Of a stretch of DNA of 64,000 bases, positions 30,133 through 43,068 are shown piece by piece (positions within the stretch are counted from its first letter, which is position 1; every line of letters starts with the position of its first letter). The notes beneath the pieces were generated by a model, which did not search any database, was not told the origin of the DNA, and was given only the letters and a program-made list of their open reading frames with translations. The stretch comes from the human T2T-CHM13v2.0 reference genome, Homo sapiens: NCBI RefSeq assembly GCF_009914755.1, contig NC_060930.1; one strand, written 5' to 3'. The position numbers and the translations under genes are program-made.

Positions 30133-31527
30133 AATTAAATTCATGCAACAAATTCTAATATTTTTCAAAGGCTGTTCTGTGAAATAAAAACTCACCTAAA
30201 AATCATCTATGTATCTAAGAACATGTAGGGAACAAAGACGATAAAACAGCACAGAGACCCGGGAGCCTGGGGCTGCCTGGCCCTGCACAGACTTCGCCTC
30301 TGTGCCGTGGAAGTGGACAGGTGGGGCCTCTCCTGGCCCAAAGCCATTGAAGCTGGCTCTCCTCCTCCATCAGGACAGCCTCAGCCCTCCCAACCGCCCA
30401 GCACAGCAGCTCAGAGGAGGCTGGCCGAGCGCAGCCGCCGCCACGTCCTATCCCACCAAAGATCCATGCTCAGCATCGTGGCCACCTAAGTCTCACGAGT
30501 GTGGCTGTGAGGTTCGTTTGAGTACACTTGGCCCAACATCCAGATCAGGTTCCCAGGCAACAAGACAGCAGGTTGCCTCTAGACCCTCAACAAGTCCGCC
30601 CAGTTAGGCCTGCAGGGCAGTCCCCAGGGGAGCCACGAGCTTGTTTCCTGCACGGAGCTGTCGCCTCATGGAGGCGCTCTCAGCCCCGGTGCTCCTTTGC
30701 CTCAGTACACATGGCCTGCAGGAGAGAGGCAGGATGGGGAGAGGCCAGAGCCTCAGGGAGCCAGGGCCTCGCCTGCTCACAGGAGTCATTTTGCTTCTAG
30801 ATTTTTCTTCCACGACTGTGATGTCGCTATACTGAGCCCCTTCAAGTAATCTCTTAAAGAAGTATTGCCTGACAGAATCTGCTGGGTTTTGTGGTTGTTG
30901 TTCAGAATATGAAGGATGCCTGCCTCTGATGCGTCAGATGAAATTAGACCAAGAATCCACCCATCCCGTGAATTTATAACACAAACTCCCCCACATCACT
31001 ACTGCCTTCTTGAGGGAGGAGGCCGTTCCCTCAGCAATAGTGAATAAAGGTGTATTGCAGTAACACCCAAGCTCAAGAACAGACATCTTGTCTTACACCC
31101 AAGCTTCACACGGGACCTTCACCAGAACTCACCTTCTTGGAAGCTGCATAGAACCGTAACGTGAGGAATCACATGCCTAGATATCATATGTGATCTATCC
31201 CAAATGCCTTCTACACTTCAAAAACTATGTGAGAAGTCTACTCCACGAAACTCATATCAGTGAAAGTACTCACAATTTGGAGTGATCACAGCACCTCCTG
31301 CGCTCCTCCAGGGCAAGCCTCGCTCACCTTTTTATCTTTTCCATGAACCATAATGCCTGGCCTACAGATTATCAATAAATATTCTTGGCTGAATAAATGA
31401 ATGGGAAAACTGCTGCTGACTTGAATGATTTTTTTCCTAAATAAGATGACTTTTTATCATATATGTTCAGACTGGCAAGAGACATGAAACGTTTATCAGT
31501 TTAGTTGCCACAAAATTTCTTTCTTTT

Positions 31528-32176
31528 TCAAAATAACAACAGATGTTGGCAAGGATGCAGAGAAAGGGAACGCTTATACACTGTTGGTGGGAATGTAAAT
31601 CAGCACAACCTCTACAAAAGACATATGAAAACTTTTCAGAAAACTAAAAACAGAACTACCATTTGATCCATAATCCCACTACTAGGTATCTACCCTAAGA
31701 AAAAGAAATTATTATATAAAAAAGACACCTTCACTTATCTGTTTATCACAGTACAATTCACAATAGCATAGCCATGGAATCAACATAAGTGTCCAACATC
31801 GAAGAATTCAATCAAGAAAATGTGATACAGATACATCATGGAATACTATTCAGCCATAAAAAAGAATGAAATCATGCCTTTAGCAGCAACGTGGTTGGAA
31901 CCGGAGGCCATTATCCTAAGTGAAGTAACTCAGAAATGCCGCATGTTCTCACTTATAAGTGGGACTAAAGAATGAGCACACGTGAACATAGAGGGGGAAG
32001 AGTAAACACTGGGCTACAAAAGGTGGGAGCGTGGGAGTGGGGGCGAGGATGAAAAATCACATGTTGGGTACTGTGGTCACTGTTCTGGTAATGGCTATGC
32101 TAGAAGTCCAGAATTCATGACTACACAATATATCCACATAACGAAACTGCATTTATACTCCCTAAATCTATTAAAA
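31528..32176 (+). mobile_element. L1PB3/4-like 3' fragment
   Basis: aacagatgttggcaaggatgcagagaaagggaacgc...catgttctcacttataagtggga...ccctaaatcta; tail continues into a GAA-rich repeat. Confidence 0.85.
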
Positions 32177-32285
32177 GACGAAGAAGACGAAGAAGAAGAC
32201 AAAGATGAAGATGAAGAAGAAGAAGGAAAAGAAGAAAAAGGAGAAGGAGGAGGAGGAAGAGGAGGAGGAAGAAGAAGAGGAAGAG

Positions 32286-32320
<35 letters not shown>

Positions 32321-32326
32321 AGAAGA

Positions 32327-32361
<35 letters not shown>

Positions 32362-32363
32362 GG
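32173..32363 (+). repeat. (GAA)n/(GGA)n purine-rich trinucleotide repeat
   Basis: Read directly; 32213-32363 contains only A/G. Confidence 0.96.
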
Positions 32364-32986
32364 TTTTGTGATTGTGGTTCAGAATATGGCTCTTTTATTT
32401 GAGCCATAAATCCCTAACCTAGAGAAGACCTTGCAAATAACCCCTCTGGAGGCCAAGAAGGATGTCGAAAGCCTGTCTCTAACAAAAGTTACACAACATC
32501 ATAGAGTAATCAAATGACATTCATCTGCAGCTAGACTAAAAAACTCCATGTTGGGTTTTCAGCATCATCTATCAGAAACATCAAGTAAACAAGTAATTTT
32601 CTCCAGTATTTTCTCATTCTTCCCACAAATACTGCAAATGTACCTAAATATCAAGATTATAGTTCTGCAAAATACTCCTAAAATCTGTTTGGAACTCTAT
32701 TCCTTCATTTATTAAGATGCAAAGATATACTGGTTTTCTATTATCCAGATACAGTAAGCATCAGGAAACAGTAATAATTTCCTCCATCTGATATTCCATT
32801 ATCAAAAACAACTTTTAAAGAGGTTGGTTACTTTCATTACATTCTATGATAGATTCACATCTAGATTTCCACCAAAAATGTAGAGAACACGACAACTTGA
32901 GACTAGGAGCTCTTAAAAAATAAACACTGTTGATGAATTAAAGGATTTTCTGTTAGTTGTATACATGCACTTTGGGGCATAACATG

Positions 32987-33349
32987 TGCTATGGTCTAAA
33001 TGTTTGTATTTCTCCAAAACTCATATGTTAAAATCCTAGCAATAAAGGTGATGGTGTTAGGAGGTGAGAACTGTGGGAGGTGATTAGGTCTTGAGGGTAG
33101 AGTTCTCATGAATGGGATTAGTGTCCTTATCAAACAGACCCCAGAGAGCTCCCTTGCCCCTTCCACCACGTGAGGACAAGGGTAAAGACGGCTGGCCATG
33201 AACCAGAAAGTGTGCCTTCACCAGCCATCAAACCTGCCATGCCTTAATTGTGGACTTCCCAGCCTCCAGAACTGCGAGCAATATCTTTCTGTTGTGTAGA
33301 AGCCTCCCAGTGTGGCATTCTGCTATGGCAGCCTGAATGCAGCAGGACA
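32987..33349 (+). mobile_element. MLT1A0 solo LTR
   Basis: tgctatggtctaaatgtttg...ctcatgaatgggattagtg...ggacttcccagcctccagaactgcgag...ca. Confidence 0.88.
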
Positions 33350-35037
33350 TGGTGTTATGGAATCTTGTTGCTTCAACTGAACCTAGCAGAATGAAGAGTC
33401 TGCTCCACCCATCCTGGCTCAGGGCCTTGTCGTCAGCCTCCTGAAGCCAACTACTAAGTCATCACATAAGTCTGTCTGCAGTAAACACACTGAAAGTTCC
33501 CTGGAAATCACAGTTCCTACAAAAGCCTAGGAAAGTATTCTGAAAAATGACAGCCAGTCATTTCTCTGAGACCTTTGGCCTTATGAATTTGCTGGGAAGG
33601 TACATCTTCCTTTCCTACCCCTACCACTTTGCAAGTATCAGATTGAGCATCATATTTTCAGGAGAGTCACTGCCTCATGCCTGCCTACCTTTTGATCATC
33701 ATGGAACTGGCAAAAGCAGCGCTATCTACTTTTCCAGGGGATGCAAAGGTACAAGGCCAGGCCAAGCATAGTGTTCAAGAACGCAGCTGGATCGCTGCGC
33801 AGCTAGAAGAGAGCTGGACTCTAGACTCCCAGATTAGTGAAAATGCACAGAACCGAAAGGCAGCTGGATAAACGTAAGGCAGCTGAATGCCATTTTTCTT
33901 TATTTAACCAGTGGGCTATGTCATCGGATCATAAGATCCAGCGACACTTGGCTTAAATGTTGCATTGGTGTGCATAGGTTTAGATGGTAGTGAAACGCAG
34001 CGTTCAGCATCTGAGCAGACCATTTTCTAAAACCAGTAATGTTCATCGATCCAGCCCTTCCAGTCTGCAATATCTGCCAGCTATTTTAAAAGTCAACAGA
34101 GTTGCAAATTTTCTAACTGTTCTGGCTCCAGGTGGCATGTGGCTGAGCGACTCAGTCTTCTTAATGGCCAAGTCAATGGCCCACGGCTCCGGCTGCCTCT
34201 GAGAGCGTTTGCTTTACCAGTGGTGGAAGTGTGGCTGCGTAACTACAATGCCTTGACTACAGCCTCAACTCAGCCTTCCAATTTACCTCTTTGCTGGCCA
34301 GTGTCTCCCTGATGGATACACTTATCGTTACCAAAATCTCCCCTGAGAACACCAGTGTTGCCGAGATACTCTCACTTTATTAAAGTCTAAGTCTGTTTTC
34401 TGCTGCCTGGATCAGGCCCATGCTCCTGCACAGCATGAAAATGAAGAAATGCACAGCCTGCAGCAGCAAGAGCTCTTTCTTCTCTTCCATTTGATGACCA
34501 CCTCGGGCTGATACCCTGTCTCTCTTTCCTTCTTTCCCAGTCAACCCCTACAGGCCCTGGGACTCCTCTCCGTCCACTGGAAAGGCAACTCCCCACGGAT
34601 GGAATCCGCTCTTCTCCCCAGCTCTGCTGAGCACCTCATCAGACATTTTAAGCAGCTGTGTCACATGACTTCCAGTACAGGGAGCCCCACACCAGGCTTC
34701 CATGCCAGCTGGTTACTCCCAGGCCTCCTTGACTGGTACTAATGCACCATGACCCTCGCAAGTGCCCATGCCAGGAGACCATGAACTTTACCTCGATGGA
34801 CAGCCTTCCTTCCTATGCTCCAGCTATTCTTTTTGAGGGAGATTACCGAATATAATAAGCACATGATATGTACATATGCATATATACACGTTTGTGCATG
34901 TGTATGTATAGAGACACATATGTCACTAAAATAACTGCTCACAGATATTTAATTTCAAACTTCCATTTCCCCCTTCACCACCTTCTGGGCCCAATCTCCC
35001 CAAACAAAGCAGAGTGTAATAAAACGTGTATAGTTAC

Positions 35038-35097
35038 TTCTTCTGCAGTGTCTTCTGTGGCGGGCCCCACATCCAGGTTGAGATCCTCCTCTGTGGT
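35038..35097 (-). CDS. RPS6KA2: RPS6KA2 (RSK3) distal isoform, coding exon 2: TTEEDLNLDVGPATEDTAEE
   Basis: 60-nt phase-0 exon with acceptor tctttgttatcAG and donor GTaact; continues exon 1 in frame and matches the recalled RSK3 isoform-b N-terminus. Confidence 0.92.
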
Positions 35098-35732
35098 CTG
35101 ATAACAAAGATAGATGTTAAAGATGGTTAGCATTGCCATGTGTTTGTAGGTGGCCTCATACAGGTTACCAATATGAAAAAGTACTAACTAAATATCCCGC
35201 ATGATTTCTGTAGGACATGGAAACCATATCACCGTCCCTTCCCACCTGAATTTATGTTTAACTGTGTGATGCTTCATGTCCGAGATGGATCCTTTATACA
35301 ACAGGTGGTAAGTAAGGCAAGGAGTGTTCACACTAAACCCTAACTCAAACGACTAAATCAATGAAGCGAGTGTGACTTACGGTACAATCTAAAGGACGAC
35401 AAGGTGATTCTTGCCAGTGGAGAAAGCGTGGATTTTCATGAAGCTAAAATACGAACGGAGCTGATGTGGAAGCACAGAGCAGCGGTGAAGGCATGTGTGA
35501 CCACTCCCATGAGAACGGAACCAAATCACAGTCCCAAGTGAGTGCTGGGAGAATGGATTCTAGCAGAGAAATGAGGCCCAGCCCATAAAACATAAAGCAA
35601 GTGTTTCTGTGGTTGGCACAAGGTTTAAGCGGAACCATCTGGGTCTGAGTCTTTGGTTTCTACTTAACAACTTGGAGCCACCTGCTTAACCTGGGCCTCG
35701 GAGACATGGCAGTGCTTCTGCCTAGAGATGTG

Positions 35733-35854
35733 GGGAGAGCTCCACGGAAGAACACCAGCCAGCCATCAGCACCGGCTGCCATGCAGCAGACACGGGAGAG
35801 CTCCACGGAAGAACACCAGCCAGCCATCAGCACCGGCTGCCATGCAGCAGACAC
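35733..35854 (+). repeat. Perfect 2 x 61-bp tandem duplication
   Basis: gggagagctccacggaagaacaccagccagccatcagcaccggctgccatgcagcagacac twice, no mismatches. Confidence 0.97.
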
Positions 35855-38800
35855 GCAAAGCGAACTGCTGTCATTATTACTATTTCTAGTTTCATCTTCT
35901 CACCTAGTAGCCAGGAGATAATCATCTCTATCCAAGCTTGACTATGAATCTTCAGGGAATCATGTTTGATCTGCATTGTTTAAAAACGGAGCTTTCTCTT
36001 TCTCTATCTAATGTATTATGACATCCCAGAGAGAAAAATCATGCTTATTCCTCCAAGAGAACACAAATAAAATGGGTCAGCCAGACCTTGTGGGCTGGCA
36101 TATGGACTTGCCTTACTCATCATTTCTCCCATTTTCTTATCTTGCCCCCAAAGCACGCCCTTGGCTGCTGTAACCCCGCTGAAAGCAATGATTGAAAAGT
36201 CCTGTGTTTGAGATGTGCCTTCAACTTGCCAGAACATAATTCATGAAATACTACATGTTTCTTTTTCATGCTAGATTCTGCCGGGGTTTTCTGGAGGTTC
36301 TGGCTCTTAATGAGCACGTTGCCTTGTCAACACACCCATTTATGGGTTAATTATATATCTGAAATATCTCAGAACAACGCAGAGAACCACAAAGACTTTC
36401 CCTGGACAGTCAGATGAATCTCCCCTGGTCTACAATTTTTATAAACTGTATTTAGTGTTCTCTAGTACAATGGACCTCAGACCCAGTTCAGTTCGGTTCT
36501 CTCAGACTACAGATGAGAAAACAGGCCAGAAAGGATAGCAGCTTGAAAAGGTGGTTAGAGCAAAACATGAATCCAGGAATGCTGATTCTAGTCCCTGGAA
36601 ATCCAATCATCAGTCCTGTCACATTTGCATAACAGCAAGGAACTAAAGCAATAAAATCTAAACTAAATCACTAAAAAATAAGCACTAAAATCTCTTAGCA
36701 GATTTTCCGATGAGAAAAGCATGCAGGCTCCTCCTGCAAGGGTTTTAGGGCATTTAACTTGGAGTTCAGAGGCCAGATATGCTCCATATAGCTCTGCCAC
36801 ATTTCTTGATATGTGAGTTATTTTAATACCATGCAACATAAAACATGGACAAAACTAGAGAGGAAATTCAGACTGTGAATTCCAAAACACATAGGATTTT
36901 GTGGATTTGGAAATTTCCTCTCAGAAACTTGAAGTACCTCATGGTTAATATTTAAGCTTTCATTTTTCTATAGAAAGAACTCTGGTTTTCTGGGTTCCAA
37001 GTAAATAGGAATTTAACACTGTCCATACTCCACCAGCTGTGCTCTCCTGAAAAAATTCAGCTAAGAAGCCTGAAAAAAATTTATTTTGCTTCAAGAGCTA
37101 TTTAATGTATCCAATTTTCCTCAAAACCTTTACCATCTGCCCTCTCCTGGGGCTGGCAAGGCAGGGCAGACCATCAGTCAACTCAGCTCCAAATTCTTGC
37201 CACTTGCAAGTGCTTTCTAGGCTCATGGCATGGTTTTCAAATCATGGGAATCTATTCATTGCTGATCCATTTATGAGCGATTTGAGAAATATGTGAAACA
37301 CAAGCTGCTCCTCATGGCTTTGGTCACTGGAAATAATGTGAAGACCAGGGTCCCACCTGGAATTGTAAAGCCCCTGGCCCCCTCTCTCCCATCCTTTCTG
37401 AGCCCAGGGCGGAATCCTCCCTCTGGACAAGCCCTTCATTCGTGAGGGCTGAGCACCTTACAGCTTCAGCACAAGCCAATGTGCTGACAATGACCAGCTG
37501 GGCTATAGGAAGCACTAGTAAATGAGAAAAGAACTTCTAGCTGATCACTTGCTCGTTCACTAATTCAATATTTAGAAAAATTGAATCTCTCTCTCTCTCA
37601 AAAAAAGTAGACTTGAAATGGCAACCGCAGTAAGGGAATGGATCTTTCCAAGGCACCATCCTCAACACCAAGAACAACCCCATGTACAAACAGAAGAATC
37701 AGTAACAGTAGGGAGCCCTGGTGTCATCCTTCTCCCACCCCAGGTACTTTCCATGAGCAGCAGTATCTGGGCTGTTCCATCTAAAACAAATGGACTTCAA
37801 TGTCCGTGCTATGCCCAACAGTCTCTGCTAAACATCAATACATATGTCGAGCATTATTTAGCTTGGCTTTCCAAGGAAACTATTCAATATGAAGCATTCA
37901 GTAAATTCTCTTCTAAAACAGAATCTCTCATTCAGTTCAAAGGTATGTTATGTGACTATCTCAAGACGTACATATAAGAATAAATAAAATTTAAAATAGC
38001 ATTGAATTTATAAGTACAGTGCTGGGAGTAGGAGATAGGCAAAAATTAAATTGGACTTTGAGGAGGTTTGGTGAGTGATTACAAATGAGCCATGTTTAAA
38101 TGCCATTTGAGTTGCTATAAACACAGAACAGGTATATCTAATTTAGTAGACGTTAATAAATTTGGGGAACTTTCTCTTCTAGGAAAATGTATGTTGACCA
38201 TCTCCAATTCAAATGGAGCAAATCAGATTCCGTGGAGCAGAGGTTTGCGTGTCCCCAGGGAAGCACGGAGTGAAAAACTCTCAGCAGTGATTCCTGCACA
38301 CCCACCAGCCCTGGGACGGGCAAGGAACACTTTGATTTCATTATCTTTTCTGTTTATCTTTAATCACACCTCTTTATCTGACCATTCATCCTTTTAAGGT
38401 TGCATTATCTTTTTTCGTTTAAGATCACATTATCTTTATGCTCTCTGTTCCTTGATTCATCATTGATTTTTGCCTTCTGGTTTCATCTTTCACTGTAGCA
38501 AATGGAAGGCTTCTAATTTAAAGCCACTTGTTGAAGGAAAATCAAACTGATGCAGATTAGTTTGGAAACGGGAATACTTTAAGACTTACATAGACTTTAA
38601 GAAGCATCCTGAAGTTTCCTTAAGGGCAACAATTTGTTTCTTGTACTCATTATCATTTATGTATTTACACCACACACAATGCCGTGCGTGTATACACACG
38701 CAATGTTTATCCATGTGCATACACAACGCAACATATACATCCACACACACTGGATAGCCAACTCTCTGACCCATCATAGTCACCTAATGGACATGAACTG

Positions 38801-38883
38801 ATTATAGTAAATGAGCAATGCATTGGCTGCAGAGTTCGGATTCTTGAGGATGCTGTGAAAAGTGCGTTCTCTCCTGCACTCAC

Positions 38884-38946
38884 CTCTATTTCCATAGGCT
38901 CCACCTCGATCTTTTTCCATAGTTCCAGCAACTGTGCGATTGGCAT
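38884..38946 (-). CDS. RPS6KA2: RPS6KA2 (RSK3) distal isoform, coding part of exon 1: MPIAQLLELWKKIEVEPMEIE
   Basis: ATG at 38946 (aaaATGc, A at -3), 21 codons, then strong donor GAG|GTGAGT; directly downstream of a CpG island; peptide recognised as the RSK3 isoform-b N-terminus. Confidence 0.93.
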
Positions 38947-39330
38947 TTTTAAACTTTCCTTTTCTGCTGGTCGAGTATTGATAGTAGGAAAGGAAATAAA
39001 CAGAGGCTCGGACCGGCACAGGGGGACGGCCAGACGGGATGTCGGAAGCCAAGGGACGCAGAGGCCGGCGGGTGGCGGCGATGGAGAGGACAGATCCGGC
39101 TCCCAGAGGAGGTCGTGAGCGCGGGGCCTGCGCCGGCCGGAGGAGGGACCCGGGGGGCTGCAATATGGCTGCTCGGGCGCCGCCCCCTCCCTGCCAAGCC
39201 AGGGCTCTGGGGAGCTGCTGCCGCTTCCCGCTCGGGCTGGGGCGAGGAAAGGAGGGGACGGCGCTGCGGCTTCGGAATCTGTACTGCGACTTTGGCAGAG
39301 TAAACGCTGCACTTGCAGCTTCGAATTGGA
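38947..39330 (-). other. RPS6KA2: GC-rich 5'UTR of RPS6KA2 distal exon 1 (TSS position estimated)
   Basis: ATG-free GC-rich stretch between the promoter motifs and the start codon. The exact TSS is not visible from sequence. Confidence 0.6.
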
Positions 39331-40100
39331 TTTCCTGCCTCTCCCCCCTCCCTTCCCTGGCCACGCTCTTCCCTCCTCCCCTCACTATTTTACCTTAATT
39401 GGCTCTAAACGAGGGTGAAAGTTGAGTCTGAGGATGCCGCTGCCATAGAAACTGCATAGCAACCAAGGGCTGGGGAGGCGGGTGGGGGGGCGGCAGGTCT
39501 TTCCCCCCCACCCCCAGCACGCGCACACCCTTCCCCACCTCCCCAGCCCGCCGCGCCTCCCCGGAGACCCACACCGCCACCTCCCGCCGCAGAACGGGAG
39601 GGACAGGAACACGGACGGAGGGACCGGGACGAGGGGAGGGCTCCACGCAGCACAGCTGCTTTCCTGCGGAGCGTTCAGGAGACTCGGGCACCTCTGGAAG
39701 CGCTGCGGACTGAGCTGCCCGCGGCTGCCCCCGCCCCGAGGGCCGGGACAGCACCTCAGGAGAAGAGGGACGAAGAGGGACGACAGACAAATAGCTGGGG
39801 AGAGGCGGGGGGGGCGGCCCGTGGGGTCCGCTGGGCCCTACCCAGCCCTGCCCGGAGCTGCCCGAAACAGCACTCAGGCCTCTGCGGGCCAGGATGAAAG
39901 GCACGTGGGCCGCTGGGGCTCCCAGTGGCAGGGCCCGAGGGACAGAAACATTAATTCAAACAACGTGTATCCTGCCCCTCAGCTCCTTCAGGTCTCCACC
40001 CCGTCCTATTTCACAGGTGACAAAGTCCTGAGGCTCAGAGAAGGAACCCCCGAAGACACAGCCAGGCGCCTGCGGGAGAGCAAGGCCTCCTGGGCCACCG
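39000..40100 (-). promoter_or_regulatory. CpG-island promoter of the RPS6KA2 distal isoform
   Basis: Dense unrepeated CpG/GC sequence; GC boxes (gaggcggg, ggggcgg) at ~39475-39493; CCAAT on the minus strand at 39398-39402; X-box-like motifs at 39439-39463. Confidence 0.88.
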
Positions 40101-40780
40101 CTCCTTGGAAAGGAACCAGGGGAAAATTCCCCTCCCTGTTTCCCTTTTTTGGGGTGTGGAGTGGGGGGATCTCTCTTGCCTCCCTCCTTACTCCCTTCTG
40201 TCCTGGATAATGAAAGGTGCGTGCGGGTGAAAGACATATTCATTTCTCCAGTCGTCCAAGTGCTAATCCTGAAGCATTATGGTTCCCTCTTTTAGGAAAG
40301 GGTGTTAAAGTTAACACAATTTAATGCTGCTTTGGGAGTAAGTGTATTCATTTCTATAGCAAATTCCTTTATCTTTGAGAGAAATATCTTTTTAAAAATA
40401 GCTTAATGTTCTCCAAAATTATCAATCCCTTTTTCTTTTTCGACTTTATGCAATCACTAAGAAATTCAATTCACTGGAAAAAAAGAAAAACCCAAATCCC
40501 AGATACTTTGTATCTCATAGCAAAGTAGAGTCCAAAGTTAACAGAGGGGTTCTGTACTTGGTGTTGATTTATGACAGTCACTTTATCTTTCTACAAAATT
40601 AGGCCAGAAGGACCTTTAAAATCAATTGCATTCAGAATTTTAAAAATAGCAATATTGTTCGTTTTCAAATTGGAGATTCTGTGATTGACAGAGCAGAGTG
40701 AAGGTTTTCTTGTGTTAACAATCATAAGGTGATTTTGTACATGCTGTAAAAGGTCACAGATTAAAAACAGACAAAGCCAA

Positions 40781-41092
<312 letters not shown>

Positions 41093-42054
41093 CTAGGAGA
41101 GTCACTCATAAAAGACAGTGAAGAGATGTCAAGAATCTTTAATCTGATGGTAAAAATGTGGACTCCTGAAGGCAATGGGAAAGAAATGAACTCAGATTCT
41201 TTACTGTGTATTTACAAAGACTCCAGCTTCTGGAAGTTTCCACAAGTGCTCTGTTGTGGAAGAAGGAAATAGAGGTCCTTTATATGAGGGAGGAAAAGTC
41301 CTTTGGACGGGCTGTCTTGTGATTGGCAGTGTGTCCTAGGAAACTTGAGGGAAGCCCAGCTCCTGGGAGGCCATGGGTGAACAGCCTGCCAGAGTCCCTA
41401 GCAAAAAAGAGCTCATTTTAAGGGGTATCTTAGGAATTGCTGAAAATGTGGCTCATAATTTAGCATGGTGTTTTTTTTAACTATGCAAATATGACACTAA
41501 TCAACAGACTGCACATTATTTGGGCATCTCACAGGCAAGCAGAGAGCCTGGAGAGATGAAGCGATCACCAGGGAGTGAGACGAGAGTTCATGTGGCCAGG
41601 GCTCTGGGCTGGAATTCCCACACTTACTCCCTGCACTGCTGCCTTGTAAAACACCTACGGGGTCCTCCCAAAGCAGAAACCTCCCGGATGGGTTCCTTTC
41701 CATCAGCTTTTTACATGCAAGGCACTCCCGGGGCTGCTGCCCACCAAGATGCAGTACCAGGTGTGCCAGACACTGGGGAAGGGGACCTGGAAACAGCCAG
41801 AAAATAAAACAAAATAAAATGCAACAAACTGAAATCTTCAAAAGGTGATATTGATCTGGGAAAACAGCCCCACTTATAAAGTTTGTGTTGGGAAAGGTAA
41901 ACAATTAGAGGTAAGAAGGAATAATTTTTCTGAAAGGAAATAATGATTACATTTAAATACCTACGAAGATAAAGATTCAAATAAAGAACCCAGGAAATTA
42001 GATGCGTTGGAATTAAAATGTTCAAATAAATCCCAAGAAAACTTGAACAATCTT

Positions 42055-42360
42055 TTTCTTTCTTTCTTTTTTTTGAGACAGGGTGTCACTTTGTCACCCA
42101 GACTGTAGTGTAGTGGCACGATCTCAGCTTACTGCCTTCTCGACTTCCTGGGCTCAAGAGATCCACCCTAGCCTCCCAAGTAGCTAGGACCACAGGCGCA
42201 TACCACCACACCACTCATTTTTGTGTGTGTGTGTGTTTTCTGTAGAGACAGGGTTTTGCCATGTTGCCCCGGCTGGTCTCAAACTCTTGAACTCAGGCAA
42301 TCTGCCGGCTTCGGCCTCCCAGAGTGCTGGGATTACAGGCTTGAGTCATTCGGCCCGGCC
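42055..42360 (-). mobile_element. AluJ
   Basis: T-tail, gagacagggtgtcac...cctgggctcaagagatcc... J-type arm. Confidence 0.9.
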
Positions 42361-43068
42361 TGAACAACACTTTCAACAGAACACCACCTGAAAAAGCTAT
42401 TTCTGAGATATTCACCTCCAAAGCATCAATTTCTAAGAAGAACTGTTGAAGCAGCCTTGCTGAAAATGGGTCCTTAATGAACCAAACTCTGCAAAAGAAA
42501 AGCAATGGGAAGTATTTTAAGTGTCCCAAGTCACAGCCATTGTGAGATGAGATGGATGAGCTGGCATGAAACTCACTGAGACCCAACCCCAAGTGAAAAT
42601 TACTCTCTTGCTCCAATGAAGGAAGAGCACTCCTCTGTGTTCATTGCCTCTTCAATCTTAAAGTGTCTCTTTTCTCTTAGGAAGGAAAGACGGATGGAGA
42701 AGGGGAGGGAAGGAGGGATGGAGAGAGCTTATCCATTCCACGGATTTCTGACAACCAAAGAAAAGCTGAATCAGGAATCTGGTCCTGGTCCCACTTCTGC
42801 TACTAATAGCTATCTTCTGTAGCTCAGTTTCCCCACAGAGGGGGCTGCCACGGCCTGACTCACAGAATACACAGCAACGAAATGTGTTTCGTGATCTGAG
42901 AGAAAAGGCCCAAAGAAATCCAAGTTTTCTGATGGACAGACGTGCTTGACCTCCACACTGAATCCGACGGACATTTTTAAAAGACCCAAATGTTTTATTC
43001 TGGGCTGTTCCGTTTTGCAATATTGTACATTTTGAGATGGATGAAAGATTTAGTAAAAATGAAAACAG

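Noticed and set aside
32117-32407. Poly-Glu, poly-Ser and Arg/Gly ORFs
   Set aside because: Frames of the GAA/GGA repeat.
35733-35854. CRISPR-like or prokaryotic repeat array
   Set aside because: Only two adjacent copies with no spacers, in clearly primate DNA.
38707-38883. Continuation of the 201-aa ORF past MEIE (VSAGEN...)
   Set aside because: Intron read-through beyond the strong GAG|GTGAGT donor; the real frame splices to 35097.
39482-40210. 242-aa plus-strand ORF and other CpG-island ORFs
   Set aside because: Non-ATG starts, Arg/Gly/Pro bias and stop-codon scarcity in GC-rich DNA.
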